64,000 nt of DNA. Origin: a bacterium (lineage in GTDB: Bacteria; SZUA-182; DTGQ01; JAFGSM01). The stretch is taken from contig JBLIRN010000003.1 in NCBI GenBank assembly GCA_049472315.1, forward strand, positions 7,523 through 71,522, in the 5' to 3' direction. The notes under the pieces were generated by a model. That model did not search any database. It was not told the DNA's origin and saw only the letters and a program-made list of their open reading frames with translations. Shown here piece by piece: positions 10,969 to 23,083 of this stretch (its first letter is position 1; every line of letters begins with the position of its first letter). The translations under genes were made by a program, and so were the position numbers.

Positions 10969-11722
10969 CTTTTTCTCCTTTCGGAATCCTTGATCGGTAT
11001 CGTTTCGCCACTGCATGAGGATTGAGTCCCTTCGCATGCACGAGGAGGATCTCCGCCGGCCCGGAGACGACGTAGCCAAGAAAGATGAGGAAAAACATCA
11101 CCCGGGGCTCGGCAGCCACCACGAGGAGCAGCAACATGATCATGACCAGGGCGTGAAAGGGTTTTTTCTCTTTCAGATTGATCTGTTTCAGGCTTCGATA
11201 CCGGATGGTGCTCACCATAAGGAACGCGAGCACGTAAGCAAGCCCTGCGATCACAACGGGCTTGAGGTCCAGGGGCACCGCGAGCAGCTGACTGAGTATG
11301 ATAAAGGACGCCAGTGTCCCGGCCGCAGCGGGTATGGGGAGCCCGGTGAAGCTCTTGCTTTCCGATGTGGTCACCTGGCAGTTGAACCGGGCCAGCCTCA
11401 ATGCCCCGCACACCACAAAGAGGAACGAGGCAAGCCAGCCGATCCGGCCGAATGGCCTCAGTGCCCACATATAGATCAGAACGCCCGGCGCCATGCCGAA
11501 GGAGATCAGGTCGGCAAGCGAATCGAATTCAACGCCGAACCTGGTGCAGGAATTGGTAAGCCGCGCCACTCTCCCGTCCAGGGCATCGAAGATACCGGCC
11601 ACCAGGATGGCGATCGATGCAGCTTGAAAATGGTGGTTCAGTGCAGAGATGATCGCGTAGAACCCGCAGAAGATGTTGCCCAGGGTAAAGATGCTGGGCA
11701 GTATGTAAATCCCCTTTTTCAT
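10940..11722 (-). CDS. pssA: CDP-diacylglycerol--serine O-phosphatidyltransferase
   Basis: DALDGRVAR...[10 protein letters not shown] motif and LRLARFN. Confidence 0.95.
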   Translation of the reverse strand: MKKGIYILPSIFTLGNIFCGFYAIISALNHHFQAASIAILVAGIFDALDGRVARLTNSCTRFGVEFDSLADLISFGMAPGVLIYMWALRPFGRIGWLASFLFVVCGALRLARFNCQVTTSESKSFTGLPIPAAAGTLASFIILSQLLAVPLDLKPVVIAGLAYVLAFLMVSTIRYRSLKQINLKEKKPFHALVMIMLLLLVVAAEPRVMFFLIFLGYVVSGPAEILLVHAKGLNPHAVAKRYRSRIPKGEKGEQRQNHHL

Positions 11723-11896
11723 TGTCTCCTTGTCCTTAATCATTTGAAAATTTCACCATAATGGCCGGGGATCGATCGCGGCGCATGACTCCTTTATCGG
11801 TCATTCGGTGAATATGCATATAGTCGATATGCACCACCGGTTCATTATGGCATTTCATGAGAAATTATAGGGCAAAGGGAGCTAAAAAGCAAACGA

Positions 11897-12532
11897 TTAG
11901 GACCCTATCCGGGCAATGGGATGCAGCCCTGCCTTGACCTTCTGGCCCGGTGTCACCAGGATCTCTGCCGAGGAGGGGATGACGACGTCAACCCGGGAAC
12001 CGAATCTGATCAATCCGAACCGGCTTCCCTGGGTGACGGCATCCCCGCAGGTGACCCGGCAGACAATCCTCCGGGCGATGAGTCCGGCGATCTGGCGTAC
12101 ACCGACCTCCATGTCATTGCCCCGGATATGGATGGTATTCTGCTCATTCAACACCGAGGCCTTTTCCCTGAAGGCAGGCAGAAATTTCCCGGGATTGTAA
12201 AGGCATGTACTCACTGTCCCAGAAAAGGGGATTCGGTTGACATGACAGTTGAACACGGACATGAAGATACTGACTTGCTGTGAAGGGCCCGCCCCTTCCT
12301 CGGCCACCGGGATGATTTGAAGGATGCGTCCGTCCGCAGGGGCCAGGATGAGGTGGTCGTCCTGTAGCGTTGTGCGCTCCGGGTCGCGGAAAAAAGCGGC
12401 CACGCACAGGGAGACCACCGCGAAAAAAACGGCGGGGATCATGGCCCCGAACATGATGCATATAAACAAAAGGAGCAGCCCAGGGAGGATGAACGGCCAT
12501 CCCTCCCGGGCAACCGGTATCCTGACGCTCAT
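11897..12532 (-). CDS. psd: Phosphatidylserine decarboxylase proenzyme
   Basis: FFRDPER, FMSVFNCHVNR and FGSRVD self-cleavage site. Confidence 0.95.
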   Translation of the reverse strand: MSVRIPVAREGWPFILPGLLLLFICIMFGAMIPAVFFAVVSLCVAAFFRDPERTTLQDDHLILAPADGRILQIIPVAEEGAGPSQQVSIFMSVFNCHVNRIPFSGTVSTCLYNPGKFLPAFREKASVLNEQNTIHIRGNDMEVGVRQIAGLIARRIVCRVTCGDAVTQGSRFGLIRFGSRVDVVIPSSAEILVTPGQKVKAGLHPIARIGS

Positions 12533-12551
12533 TGGGATATCCCTGTTCGGC

Positions 12552-13544
12552 TTATTTCTTCAACCAGCTCATCATACCCCGCAGCTTTCTGCCGACCTGC
12601 TCGATGAGGTGCTCGGACTCCTTCTTCCGAAGGGCATTGAAAACCGGCCTTCCCGCCTTGTTTTCCAGGATCCATTCCCGTGCGAATTCCCCGCTCTGTA
12701 TCTCCTGGAGGATATACTGCATCTCCTCGCGCGTCTCCTCGGAGATAATCCTTTTTCCCCTGGTAAGGTCGCCGTATTCCGCGGTATCACTGATTGAGTA
12801 GCGCATGCCGGTGATGCCGTGCTCGTTGATCAAATCCACGATCAGCTTTACCTCGTGCAGGCACTCAAAGTAGGCGACCTCCGGTTGATACCCCGCTTCA
12901 ACCAGGGTTTCGAAGCCAGCCCGGATCAATTCGGTGAGCCCCCCGCACAGGACCACCTGCTCGCCGAAGAGATCCGTTTCCGTCTCCTCCTCAAAGGTGG
13001 TTTCCAGCACGCCCGCCCTGGTGGCGCCGATGCCCTTTGCGTGGGCGAGGGCCATATCCTTGGCCTTGCCCGTGTAATCCTGATACACGGCAATGAGGGA
13101 GGGGACGCCCTGCCCCTGCTGATATACCCTTCTGACGAGGTGCCCCGGTCCCTTGGGGGCGACCATGTATACATCCACCTCTGCCGGAGGAATGATCTGT
13201 GAGAAATGGATATTGAAACCGTGGGAAAAGACCAGGGCGTTCCCCGGCTTCAGGTGCTCCTTGATCTGTGTTTCGTAGACCTGGGGTTGAAACTGGTCGG
13301 GCACGAGGATCTGGATGATGTCCGCCTTTTTGCACGCCTCGGGCGTCTGCATGATGGTCATTTTGTCCTTTTCCGCCTGCTGCCAGTTGGTGCTGCCCGG
13401 CAGGTCGCTGACAACGACATCGAGCCCGCTATCCTTGAGATTCTGTGACTGGGCGTGCCCCTGGCTTCCATAGCCGACCACGGCAATCGTCTTATTCTTG
13501 AGGATGCCCAGATCCGCGTCCTTATCGTAGTACATCGTAGCCAT
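12552..13544 (-). CDS. ilvC: Ketol-acid reductoisomerase
   Basis: [18 protein letters not shown] and ETDLFGEQ. Confidence 0.98.
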   Translation of the reverse strand: MATMYYDKDADLGILKNKTIAVVGYGSQGHAQSQNLKDSGLDVVVSDLPGSTNWQQAEKDKMTIMQTPEACKKADIIQILVPDQFQPQVYETQIKEHLKPGNALVFSHGFNIHFSQIIPPAEVDVYMVAPKGPGHLVRRVYQQGQGVPSLIAVYQDYTGKAKDMALAHAKGIGATRAGVLETTFEEETETDLFGEQVVLCGGLTELIRAGFETLVEAGYQPEVAYFECLHEVKLIVDLINEHGITGMRYSISDTAEYGDLTRGKRIISEETREEMQYILQEIQSGEFAREWILENKAGRPVFNALRKKESEHLIEQVGRKLRGMMSWLKK

Positions 13545-13607
13545 AATCCAATCTCCTGAACATGGTGGTTTATCCGGTGAACATTATGTCAATATCAATT
13601 TTTTAAC

Positions 13608-13705
13608 TTGAGAATTCCCTGTAGCCTGCTACAGGGTTACCTGCAATATAAAAAGAAAAATTTTTGCCTTTGGATACCCCGCAGCTTGCTGCGGGGAGGA
13701 TTCAA
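13608..13705. repeat. Pair of related REP-like palindromes (small MITE/BIME-like element)
   Basis: CCCTGTAGC-CT-GCTACAGGG (13617-13636) and CCCCGCAGC-TT-GCTGCGGGG (13677-13696) flank an AT-rich spacer. Confidence 0.65.
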
Positions 13706-13713
13706 TGATATCC

Positions 13714-14193
13714 CTATTTCTTTCCCCTGGTCATGGCCACCTTGCCGGTGCGGGCGATTTCGATGATCCCGAATGACTTGAGGAGGCCTATGAGGGCCTC
13801 TATCTTGTCCAGCACCCCGGTTACCTCCAGGGTGAGGCTCTTTGGTGACACATCAACGATCTTTCCCCGGAAGATATCGCAGATCCTCAAAATCTCGGCC
13901 CTGTTCTGTGAATCGGCAAACACCTTCAGCAGGACCATCTCCCGCTCCACGTATTCCGCATCGGAAAGATCGCTCACCTTTATGACGTCGATCAGCCTGC
14001 GGAGCTGTTTTATCACCTGCTCGATGATCTGGTCATCACCCGAGGTGACCAGGGTCATCCTGGATATGGTGGGATCGATCGTTTCGCCGACCGAAAGGCT
14101 GTCGATATTGAATCCGCGGGCACTGAAGAGCCCGGCTATCCGGGCCAGGACCCCGAACTTGTTTTCTACCATTACCGTTATCGTATGGCGCAC
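13714..14193 (-). CDS. ilvN: Acetolactate synthase small subunit (copy 1)
   Basis: [27 protein letters not shown] domain; EIARTG. Confidence 0.95.
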   Translation of the reverse strand: MRHTITVMVENKFGVLARIAGLFSARGFNIDSLSVGETIDPTISRMTLVTSGDDQIIEQVIKQLRRLIDVIKVSDLSDAEYVEREMVLLKVFADSQNRAEILRICDIFRGKIVDVSPKSLTLEVTGVLDKIEALIGLLKSFGIIEIARTGKVAMTRGKK

Positions 14194-14206
14194 TGTTCGA
14201 TTCTCC

Positions 14207-14689
14207 TCAGCCCAGGCTTCTCAACCCGAGAGCGATGAGTCCCGTTCTGGCCATCTCGTCGATGCCGTAGGGATTTAGCAGGTTGACAATATTGTTGATG
14301 ACCCGTTCCTCCCCTGCAATCTCGATGGTGATGGTCTCCTCCGACATATCCACCACCTTGGCGCCGAATACCTCGGCGATTTCGATGATCTCGTGGCGCG
14401 TCTGCGGTGTGGACATCACGGTGATGATGGCCAGTTCCCGGGTCACTGCGCGTCCGAACTTGAGATCCGCGACGCTGATGACATCGACCAGCTTCTGGAG
14501 TTGCTTGCTCACTTGCTCCAGCACATACTCATCGCCGCTTACCACGATGGTGATCCGTGAGATCGAGGGGTCCTCCGTCTCTCCAGCCACCAGGCTCTCA
14601 ATATTGTATGATCGCCTGGTAAACAACCCTGCAACGTGAGAGAGCACGCCTGCGTGGTTTCTCACCAGCACCGAGAGGATATGTCTCAT
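14207..14689 (-). CDS. ilvN: Acetolactate synthase small subunit (copy 2)
   Basis: [23 protein letters not shown]; EMARTG. Confidence 0.93.
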   Translation of the reverse strand: MRHILSVLVRNHAGVLSHVAGLFTRRSYNIESLVAGETEDPSISRITIVVSGDEYVLEQVSKQLQKLVDVISVADLKFGRAVTRELAIITVMSTPQTRHEIIEIAEVFGAKVVDMSEETITIEIAGEERVINNIVNLLNPYGIDEMARTGLIALGLRSLG

Positions 14690-16374
14690 TTCGTATCCCC
14701 CCTGTCCAGCATTTGATTGATGGCACCCCCGGGGGGGACCATGGGATAGACATTTTCCTCGGGAGAGACATGGAAATCGATCACCACCGGCTTCTCGATT
14801 CCGATGGCCTCCTCTATGGCAGGCCGCACCTCCTCGGGTCTGGTCACCACAATACCCTCCGCCCTGTATCCCTTGGCAATGGCGGCAAAATCCGGGTTTT
14901 CATTGAGGCAGGTATGAGAATAGCGGCATCCGAAGAAGATTTCCTGCCATTGACGAACCATTCCCAGAAACCCGTTGTTGAGTATGGCGATCTTGACGTT
15001 GATCTTGTTCTGGACGGCGGTTGCAAGCTCCTGGATGTTCATCTGAAAGCTCCCGTCGCCGGCGATGTCGAATACCACCCGGTCGGGGCATCCCACCTTC
15101 GCCCCTATGGCGGCGGGAAATCCGAAGCCCATGGTGCCCAACCCTCCGGAGGAGATAAAGGAACGTGGGTGTTTGGGATGGTAGTACTGGGCAGCCCACA
15201 TCTGGTTCTGGCCCACCTCGGTGGTGACGATCGCCTCCCCGCCGGTGATGTCGCATATCTGCTCGATGACATACTGAGGCTTGATCTCGCAATCGGACCG
15301 TTCGTAGCTCAGGGGGTACTCCCTCTTCCATTCCTCGATGCGGGTGAGCCATTCGGGGTGTTCCTGGGGATCGGTCATGGTGCAGAGGTCGGCCAGGATC
15401 TCCCGTGCATTCCCTATGATGGGTATATGCACCTTCACGATCTTGCCGATCTCCGCGGGGTCGATGTCGATATGGATGATGCGGGCATGTGAAGCAAACT
15501 TCTTGACATCCCCGGTCACCCTGTCGTCAAAGCGGGCACCCACGGCGATCAACAGATCCGATTCGGTCACCGCATAGTTTGCATAGCGAGTGCCGTGCAT
15601 TCCCAGCATGCCTAGAGAGAGGGCATGCGATTCAGGGAAGGACCCCTTTCCCATGAGGGTGGTGGTGACCGGTATGGACGCCTTTTCTGCCAGTTCCCTG
15701 AGCGGTGCCTCCGCACCCGAGGAGATCGCACCTCCCCCCACATAGAAGACAGGTCGTTTCGCGTTTTTGATGGCCTCCGCAGCCAGCTTGAGATACCGTT
15801 GATTCTCTTCTCTATACCGTGACGAGGAGGGATTGGGATACGCCTCGCGGTTTACCCGTTCGTACCGCGTGGTTTCCTTCACCTGGACATCCTTGGGGAG
15901 ATCCACCAGGATCGGCCCTGGACGGTCGCTGGTGGCGAGATGGAATGCCTCATCCAGGACATCCCTCAGGTTTTCCACGTTTCTGACAAGGTAGTTGTAT
16001 TTGGTGATAGGGATGGTGATGCCGTAAATGTCGGCCTCTTGAAAGCTGTCATTACCGATCATGGAGGTGGGTACCTGTCCGGTGAAGGCCACCAGGGGCA
16101 CGGAATCCATGCATGCATTGGCAAGGCCCGTCACCAAGTTCGTTGCCCCAGGTCCGGAGGTGGCAATGCAGACGCCGACCTTGCCGGTGGCCCGCGCATA
16201 CCCGTCCGCCGCATGCACGGCCCCCTGTTCGTGCCTGGTGAGAATGTGACGGATGGGGGATTGATAGAGCTGGTCATAGATGGGAAGCACCGCTCCCCCG
16301 GGGAACCCGAAAATCGTATCCACCCCGTGTTCGATCAGCGTATCCACGAATAACTTGGCGCCACTCTTTTTCAC
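14686..16374 (-). CDS. ilvB: Acetolactate synthase large subunit (copy 2)
   Basis: [23 protein letters not shown] and the [11 protein letters not shown] motif. Confidence 0.95.
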   Translation of the reverse strand: MKKSGAKLFVDTLIEHGVDTIFGFPGGAVLPIYDQLYQSPIRHILTRHEQGAVHAADGYARATGKVGVCIATSGPGATNLVTGLANACMDSVPLVAFTGQVPTSMIGNDSFQEADIYGITIPITKYNYLVRNVENLRDVLDEAFHLATSDRPGPILVDLPKDVQVKETTRYERVNREAYPNPSSSRYREENQRYLKLAAEAIKNAKRPVFYVGGGAISSGAEAPLRELAEKASIPVTTTLMGKGSFPESHALSLGMLGMHGTRYANYAVTESDLLIAVGARFDDRVTGDVKKFASHARIIHIDIDPAEIGKIVKVHIPIIGNAREILADLCTMTDPQEHPEWLTRIEEWKREYPLSYERSDCEIKPQYVIEQICDITGGEAIVTTEVGQNQMWAAQYYHPKHPRSFISSGGLGTMGFGFPAAIGAKVGCPDRVVFDIAGDGSFQMNIQELATAVQNKINVKIAILNNGFLGMVRQWQEIFFGCRYSHTCLNENPDFAAIAKGYRAEGIVVTRPEEVRPAIEEAIGIEKPVVIDFHVSPEENVYPMVPPGGAINQMLDRGDTK

Positions 16375-18056
16375 GGCAGAATCATCTCCTCGATCCCGGC
16401 CCCTGCGGGGACCATGGGGAAAACGTTTTCTTCTCTGGCAACGCGCACATCAACAACCACGGGTTTATCGGTTGCGAATGCCTCTTCAAGCACCGGACGC
16501 AGCTCATCGGGTTTCTCGGCCCTGAGGCCGACGGCGCCGTATGCCTCAGCCAATTTGACGAAGTCGGGCGAGCAGTCCAGGCAGGTTCCGGAGTACCGCT
16601 TCTTCATGAACAGATCCTGCCATTGCCTGACCATGCCCAGGTACTGGTTGTTGAGGATGACCACATTCACCGGCACATTGTACTGCACCGCTGTGGCAAG
16701 TTCCTGGGAGACCATCTGGAAACTCCCATCGCCCGCCACATCGATGACCAGTGCGTCGGGCCGTGACAGTTGCGCGCCGATGGCTGCCGGGAATCCGAAT
16801 CCCATGGTCCCGAGCCCGCCCGAGGAGAGGAATGTCCTGGGTTTCGTAAAGGTGTAGTAGTGGGCGACCCACATCTGGTGCTGCCCGACCTCGGTGGCAA
16901 TGACGGTGGTGCGGTCCTTGGTGAGATCGTAGATCTCCTTCACCACGCACTGTGGTTTTATGATCGTATCCGAACACTCGAAGGTCAGGGGGAAGTCCCG
17001 TTTCCAGGTCTCGATACGCTCGAGCCATCCCGACCGGTCCACCGGATGGATCTCCTTGGTCAGTGCGGTGAGGATGGCCTTGGCATCCCCCACGATGGGG
17101 ACCTGGACCCTGATATTCTTGCTTATGGCTGTCGGGTCAATATCGATATGGATGTAGGTGGCATTGGGTGCGAACTTGTCCAGCCTACCGGTAACCCGAT
17201 CGTCAAACCGCGCACCGATTGCTATGAGCAGGTCGCACTCGGTCACGGCCATGTTGGCGTATTTGGTTCCATGCATCCCCAGCATGCCGAGAAAATGGGG
17301 GTTGAGGCCGCTGATACCCCCCAATCCCATAAGGGTTGTGGTGATCGGAAGATGACCTGTGTCTACCAGCCGGGTCAATTCCTCGGCAGCGCCCGAGGCG
17401 ATAACACCGCCCCCCGCATAGACCACCGGTCTTTTCGACTCGTTGATGAGCTTCGCAGCCATGCCGATCTGCTTCGGGTGCCCATGGAAGGTGGGCTTGT
17501 ATCCCCGCAAATCCAACTCCTTGGGATAGTGAAAGGGACAGCTATCCAGGAGCACATCCTTGGGCAGGTCCACGAGGACCGGCCCCGGACGTCCGGTGGT
17601 GGCGATGTGGAACGCTTCCTTGACCGTCCTGGCCAAGTCCTTGACATCCCTCACCAGGTAGTTGTGTTTGGTGATCGATCTGGTGATGCCGACGATATCC
17701 GCCTCCTGGAATGCATCGTTCCCGATCATGCTGGTGGGGACCTGCCCGGTGAAGGCGACCATCGGGATGGAATCCATGTAGGCGGTGGCAAGGCCGGTGA
17801 CGATATTGGTGGCACCCGGCCCGGAGGTGGTCATGCATACCCCGGCCCTTCCGCTCGCCCGGGCATATCCGTCTGCGGCATGGACTGCGCCCTGTTCGTG
17901 GCGCACCAGGATGTGCTGGATAGGGGAATCAAGGAGCAGGTCATAGATCCCCAGGACGGTCGCCCCGGGAAAACCGAATATGTGGGTAACCCCTTCCTTG
18001 CGAAGGCTTTCCAAGAATATCTGAGAGCCTGTCATGGTCATTGGTCTCACTTCCAC
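16371..18056 (-). CDS. ilvB: Acetolactate synthase large subunit (copy 1)
   Basis: [23 protein letters not shown] and GDGSFQM; the start may be 18038. Confidence 0.95.
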   Translation of the reverse strand: MEVRPMTMTGSQIFLESLRKEGVTHIFGFPGATVLGIYDLLLDSPIQHILVRHEQGAVHAADGYARASGRAGVCMTTSGPGATNIVTGLATAYMDSIPMVAFTGQVPTSMIGNDAFQEADIVGITRSITKHNYLVRDVKDLARTVKEAFHIATTGRPGPVLVDLPKDVLLDSCPFHYPKELDLRGYKPTFHGHPKQIGMAAKLINESKRPVVYAGGGVIASGAAEELTRLVDTGHLPITTTLMGLGGISGLNPHFLGMLGMHGTKYANMAVTECDLLIAIGARFDDRVTGRLDKFAPNATYIHIDIDPTAISKNIRVQVPIVGDAKAILTALTKEIHPVDRSGWLERIETWKRDFPLTFECSDTIIKPQCVVKEIYDLTKDRTTVIATEVGQHQMWVAHYYTFTKPRTFLSSGGLGTMGFGFPAAIGAQLSRPDALVIDVAGDGSFQMVSQELATAVQYNVPVNVVILNNQYLGMVRQWQDLFMKKRYSGTCLDCSPDFVKLAEAYGAVGLRAEKPDELRPVLEEAFATDKPVVVDVRVAREENVFPMVPAGAGIEEMILP

Positions 18057-18190
18057 GTATTATAGGTGTCTATATGATCGGGGAATCCCGACTGGGTGCC
18101 GCACCGGAGGGGTGGCCTGCCCAGGAATACCCGATGCATACCATATGCGAGATTTACATCGTATACTGTCACAAATGTTCGTATGAAGGC

Positions 18191-19867
18191 TTACGCCTTC
18201 CGGGGATTTCTGAGGATCGCCCCGGTGCTCGCCGATGTCACCAGGCTGCTGTACCGTGCCAGGTACCCTGTCTGGATCTTGGGTGCGGGGGCCTTCCATC
18301 GTTCACCCCTTCGCTTAAGCTCCTCCTGGGAGACAAGTGCCTCCAGCCGTCTGCCGGGGATATCGATCCGTATGGGATCCCCGTCCTGGATCAGGGCGAT
18401 GGTACCTCCCTCCATGGCCTCCGGTGATACATGCCCGATGCACGGTCCCCTGGTCCCCCCTGAGAAACGCCCGTCCGTAATGAGGGCGACGGAATCGGCA
18501 AGCCCCATACCCATAATGGCTGCGGTGGGGGAGAGCATCTCCCGCATCCCCGGCCCTCCCTTGGGGCCTTCGTAACGGATGACCAGCACATCCCCCGGAT
18601 GGATAGCCCTTCCCATGATCGCCTTCATGGCGGCCTCCTCCGATTCGAAGCAGCGGGCCTTCCCCTCGAACACCATCATCTCCGGTTTCACCGCCGATTG
18701 CTTGACAATCGATCCATCGGGTGCGAGGTTCCCCTTCAGTACCGCCATACCACCCTCCTTGTGGTACGGCCGGTCCAACGGCCTGATGATATCGTCATCA
18801 CATATAACGGCCTGGTCGGCGATTTCATGGGTGGTGGAACCGGTCACCGTGGGGGTGTCATGCAGCTTGTCCTTGATTCTCTTCTGGACCCCGGGAACCC
18901 CCCCGGCTGCATCGAGGTCCTCCATGAAATGGTCCCCGCCCGGCCTGAGGTTGGTCAAATGGGGCGTATCACGGCTGATGTCGTCGAAGAGGTCCAGGGG
19001 AAGGTCCACCCCTGCATCCGCCGCGATTGCGGGCAGATGGAGGGCGGTATTGGTGGAACCCCCCAGGGTCATATCGATGCGGACCGCGTTTTCAAAGGAC
19101 TTCCGGGTGAGGAACATCCGTGCGTGCTGATCATTCCTTATCAAATCCACCACCCTTCGGCCGCTTTCGAATGCAATGCGCCTTTTTTGTGCGGAGACCG
19201 CAAGCGCGGTGGCGGAACCGGCCAGGGACATCCCCAGTGCCTCCGTCATGCAGGCCATGGTATTGGCGGTATACAGCCCCTGGCAGGAACCCGCACCGGG
19301 GCACGCCGCGATCTCGAGGTCGGACAGTTCCTCCTGTGAGATCTCCCCCTTCTGATAGCGGCCCACCGCCTCAAAGGTGTCCCTCACCAGGGAGAGACGT
19401 CGCATCTTATGCCTGCCTGCAAGCATCGGCCCGGCGGTGACCACGACGGCAGGCAGATCGAGACGAGCGGCCGCCATCAGCATGCCGGGGGTGATCTTGT
19501 CACAGTTGGTGAGAAGCACGATGCCGTCGAGGGAATGCGCCATGACGATGCTCTCGATCATGTCGGCGATGAGCTCCCGCGAGGGGAGGGAATAGTGCAT
19601 TCCGGAGTGCCCCATGGCGATGCCGTCGCAGATTCCCGGGACGCTGGTTATGAAACTATATCCCCCGCCCGAATGGATGCCCTTCTCGACGAATCGTTCC
19701 ATGTCACGCATGCCGATATGCCCGGGAATGAGATCGGTAAAGGAGGAAACGAGCCCTATCAAGGGGGTTTCGAGTGCGGAACGCGGGAATCCCGTGGCGT
19801 ACAGAAGTGCACGGTGAGGCGCCCGCTCGATACCGGCAAGGATCGTTTGACTTTTCAGGTTATTCAT
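18191..19867 (-). CDS. ilvD: Dihydroxy-acid dehydratase
   Basis: [29 protein letters not shown] and TDGRFSGG. Confidence 0.97.
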   Translation of the reverse strand: MNNLKSQTILAGIERAPHRALLYATGFPRSALETPLIGLVSSFTDLIPGHIGMRDMERFVEKGIHSGGGYSFITSVPGICDGIAMGHSGMHYSLPSRELIADMIESIVMAHSLDGIVLLTNCDKITPGMLMAAARLDLPAVVVTAGPMLAGRHKMRRLSLVRDTFEAVGRYQKGEISQEELSDLEIAACPGAGSCQGLYTANTMACMTEALGMSLAGSATALAVSAQKRRIAFESGRRVVDLIRNDQHARMFLTRKSFENAVRIDMTLGGSTNTALHLPAIAADAGVDLPLDLFDDISRDTPHLTNLRPGGDHFMEDLDAAGGVPGVQKRIKDKLHDTPTVTGSTTHEIADQAVICDDDIIRPLDRPYHKEGGMAVLKGNLAPDGSIVKQSAVKPEMMVFEGKARCFESEEAAMKAIMGRAIHPGDVLVIRYEGPKGGPGMREMLSPTAAIMGMGLADSVALITDGRFSGGTRGPCIGHVSPEAMEGGTIALIQDGDPIRIDIPGRRLEALVSQEELKRRGERWKAPAPKIQTGYLARYSSLVTSASTGAILRNPRKA

Positions 19868-20144
19868 ATTTACTCCTTTGTCCGTCACCCCTTTGGGATG
19901 CCTTTTCATTACACCGGCCCTCCCTTGAGATGCATCCCTGGATGATTTCAGCCATTCTGTCCTTCGTCCAGAGTTTTTGTTTCTTTATCTCCCTTTCCAT
20001 CTGCTCCTGCTGAGGAGTGAGAAAGGCATGCCGTGTAAGCTCTTCGAGCCTTTTCTCATATTCCCTGTGTTTTTCTTCGAGCTTCTTGAATTCCCTATTA
20101 TGCTGACGAAGCACTTCCACGATCTTGGACTTGTCAGGGTACAT
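19860..20144 (-). CDS. DUF465/YdcH-family coiled-coil protein
   Basis: [16 protein letters not shown]...[17 protein letters not shown] pattern; GGGGAG SD; directly upstream of ilvD. Confidence 0.7.
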   Translation of the reverse strand: MYPDKSKIVEVLRQHNREFKKLEEKHREYEKRLEELTRHAFLTPQQEQMEREIKKQKLWTKDRMAEIIQGCISREGRCNEKASQRGDGQRSKYE

Positions 20145-20215
20145 CGTTACCATCTCCCCTAAAAACGCCGGTAGGTTCAATGACATCATGCCGTGGTCCG
20201 CGCATGGGCAGTGGA

Positions 20216-21667
20216 CTACGGCCTTAGTTCAAACCCGTCCTCGAGGACCTTGTTGATCTCTTGCAGGCGAGATCGTGTCTCGGGCGTTTGAGGGGACCGT
20301 AAGAGATTACCCTTTTCGCTATTGAGCCTGATCCTGTCCGCGTGGGTGAGGATATGGATCTTGTCCGAATTGGCGAGGAGAACACCCGGCACCTTTATTG
20401 CCGTGCTCTCTGCCCCGTCACTCAATTCCTCCTGGTGCACCTTGGTGAGAAAAAGCTGGGCCAGTTTTTCCGGTTCCTGAGTATCCTTGGATCGAAAGAT
20501 TGCCAAAAGCTCATTTCTCATTTCGGATCTGACCAGAATGGAGCTCTGAACCGATTTCATATCCCCGGGGATGTATGCCCGCAAGATGGTGCTGTCCTCA
20601 GGAGGAGCGAGGGAAGGGGGAGCAGGCTCCGGTGCGGGGATGACCACAGGGGCGGGTGGTGCCACCGTGGGGGGCGCCACCGGTTCTTTTGGAACCGATG
20701 CCACCTCGATCGGTTTTTCCAGGACCCCCTTGGTGAAGGGCATTGCTTCATATTCAGCCTTTCCTTTAGGGGGAAGGGGCTTTTGAACGACAACCGGAGG
20801 TTCCGGGCTCGGCGCCGGCGCCTTTTTGGCTTCGGCCACATCCATTTTGGCCTTGGTGAGCCAGGTTTGCACCTCTCGGGCATCCGCGCTGTTCGGCTGC
20901 TCGTATTTCAGGAATCCCTCGTAATACATGATCGCCTTTTCATTGTCATTCAGTTCGAAGTCATAGGTTTTGCCGAGATTGTACAGCGCATCCGTATAAT
21001 TCGGTCTGAGATCGAGGGCCTTTTGATACTCCCTGACCGCCATTTGATGCTTTCCCTCCCTGCTGTAAAGATTCCCCCGGTTTTTATGGGCAATCGCCTT
21101 TTTGTAGCTTTCCTCATCCGGTTCCTGGGCCGCTTTTTCAGGCGGTGCCGGTTTCTCCGGCACAGGGACGGCAACGGGGGGGGCAGCCGGCAAAGGCGGT
21201 GGTGTGACCACCACGGCGGGAGGGGGTTCCGCTGGAGGCGCCGGAGGGGTGACAACCACCGCAGGGGGCTCGGCCTTTTTTTCAACCGCGAGTTGTTGCG
21301 GTTTTATGCCATGCTCCTGTTCAATGGTTGCCAGCCAGCCCTTTATTTGTTGGGCGTCAGGGGTGTTGCCTTCGAATTCCAGAAATTTTTGCAGATAATT
21401 TGCCGCCTTTTGATAGTCCTTCAGATCGCTGTAATAGGTAACCCCCAAATTGTAATACGCGTCCACATACTGGGGATAAATCCTGACTGCCTCTTCATAT
21501 TCTTTGACCGCCTTCTGGAACTCCCCATTATCACAATATTCATTTCCCAGACGGTTATGGGTCTCCGCCTCCTGAGGGACCTGGGCGAGGGATAGAGAGG
21601 GACTCAACAGTGCGAGTGAAATGATGGACACCCAGATTGCTGTTTTGAGATCGCGTACCCTGAGCAT
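20216..21667 (-). CDS. Exported TPR protein with proline-rich linkers
   Basis: Signal peptide (SLA-Q); two TPR clusters (AYYNLG, ALYNLG) separated by PA/PP-rich tracts. Confidence 0.85.
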   Translation of the reverse strand: MLRVRDLKTAIWVSIISLALLSPSLSLAQVPQEAETHNRLGNEYCDNGEFQKAVKEYEEAVRIYPQYVDAYYNLGVTYYSDLKDYQKAANYLQKFLEFEGNTPDAQQIKGWLATIEQEHGIKPQQLAVEKKAEPPAVVVTPPAPPAEPPPAVVVTPPPLPAAPPVAVPVPEKPAPPEKAAQEPDEESYKKAIAHKNRGNLYSREGKHQMAVREYQKALDLRPNYTDALYNLGKTYDFELNDNEKAIMYYEGFLKYEQPNSADAREVQTWLTKAKMDVAEAKKAPAPSPEPPVVVQKPLPPKGKAEYEAMPFTKGVLEKPIEVASVPKEPVAPPTVAPPAPVVIPAPEPAPPSLAPPEDSTILRAYIPGDMKSVQSSILVRSEMRNELLAIFRSKDTQEPEKLAQLFLTKVHQEELSDGAESTAIKVPGVLLANSDKIHILTHADRIRLNSEKGNLLRSPQTPETRSRLQEINKVLEDGFELRP

Positions 21668-22114
21668 TGCTTTGATCTCCTTTCTTTAAAACTTTCGCTC
21701 TTTAGCCGGCCACTTCCGGTGATGGCCCGGTTATTAACGCAGGACGTGCAATAAACATCACTCTATCATACCATCTTGAGCAATGTCAAGGTAGTCTACC
21801 CGCAATTTCGTAGAAAAAACAAGATACTAAACACGGTCGCAGGTGATTCGGTCGCTCCCTCGGCCCCGGTGTTTGCGATACGGAGGTGCCGCGCATAATA
21901 AAACCGGTTGACTTTTATACCGTTTTGCCATACAGTAGGGCCGTTGGGAGGCTGTCTGCGCCGCCACCCCACCCACGGGGATTATCCATGATTCCGTCAA
22001 CAAGGGCCCGCTCACGTGTTCCCTCTTGAGGGAAAAGGAATTCATGCATTAGTTTGATGCGGTCTTCATCCACTTGAGCGGAATGACTGGGTACCATTTC
22101 ATTACACAGGATTC

Positions 22115-22801
22115 ATGACGTCTCTTTCGTCCCTTTTTGGTATTATCGTAGGTTCCTCACATTTTGAGGGGGGGTTGGTCACCCTCTTTGCCCGGGATCA
22201 GGTGAGAAACGCCCTGATACAGGTGTTGCAGCCCTTTTCGTCAGGGGCCCTTCTCTCCCTGGCCATTGTACATCTGCTCCCCTTGTCTCTCAGGATGTTT
22301 CCCTGGTCTGCAGTGGTGCTCCTCGGCACTATTGCCGGGCTCATGGTGCTGTCGGAATTCAATACACCCGACAGGGTCCTGGTCCTTACCCCCCGGTGGG
22401 GCCAGGGGTTTCTCCTCATGGTGTATTCTTTGAGTCTGGGGATTGTGCTGGGCATTCCACTCCCGCTGGGATTCCGGATGGTCCTTATCGCCGCTATTGT
22501 TGGGATTCCGGTCCAGTTTGTGCAGGGGGTGAAGCGGAGTGTCAGAAAATCGGGCCAGCGGGAAAGGGGAGGTATGATGCGGCTCGTGGTGACCTCCCTG
22601 CCCATACCATTGACCGTATTTGTGCTGCAGGTACTCTCCCCGCGGCTTTCTTCCGCGCATGTCGGTTTTCTTCTTTCCTTCGCCTCCGCAGTGATCTTCT
22701 ACCAGGGCATGCTGGAATTCCGGATACCCTATCCCTTTTCACGATCCGCCTTGAAGGTCCTCTATTTCCTCACCGGGGTCTTTCTCGTGTACTGCCTGTA
22801 G
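22115..22801 (+). CDS. Divergent ZIP-family-like membrane protein
   Basis: About 7-8 hydrophobic segments; FSSGALLSLAIVHLLP resembles ZIP TM2 and GFLLSFASAVIFY resembles TM7. Confidence 0.55.
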   Translation: MTSLSSLFGIIVGSSHFEGGLVTLFARDQVRNALIQVLQPFSSGALLSLAIVHLLPLSLRMFPWSAVVLLGTIAGLMVLSEFNTPDRVLVLTPRWGQGFLLMVYSLSLGIVLGIPLPLGFRMVLIAAIVGIPVQFVQGVKRSVRKSGQRERGGMMRLVVTSLPIPLTVFVLQVLSPRLSSAHVGFLLSFASAVIFYQGMLEFRIPYPFSRSALKVLYFLTGVFLVYCL

Positions 22802-22821
22802 ACCATTAAATTTCGGAGAAC

Positions 22822-22991
22822 GGGAAGGGGGGTGCGCCTGTGTGCCTGCGGACGAGCACTACAGCCTGTCGGCGAAGCTGAGGAAAAGCACACCGCTTGT
22901 TCGAGCCCGAAGGGCGAGTTGAGGTGTGCCCGAAGCAAGCCTTACAGGCTGTGTGCAAGGGAGCCGAAACAAAAGGCGCATCCCCCTTCCC
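22822..22991. repeat. 170-nt imperfect long inverted repeat (MITE-like element or structured RNA)
   Basis: Nested arms GGGAAGGGGG.TGCGCCT/AGGCGCA.CCCCCTTCCC, ACAGCCTGT/ACAGGCTGT and GCACACC/GGTGTGC, with apical GCCC-GAA-GGGC. Confidence 0.8.
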
Positions 22992-23083
22992 ATACAATAC
23001 TGAACAATTATTTCTTTGCCAACTACGCGCCGTTATGGTATTTTAGAAGGAAATCGCTATGAATGCATACAGGAGACCCTGAT

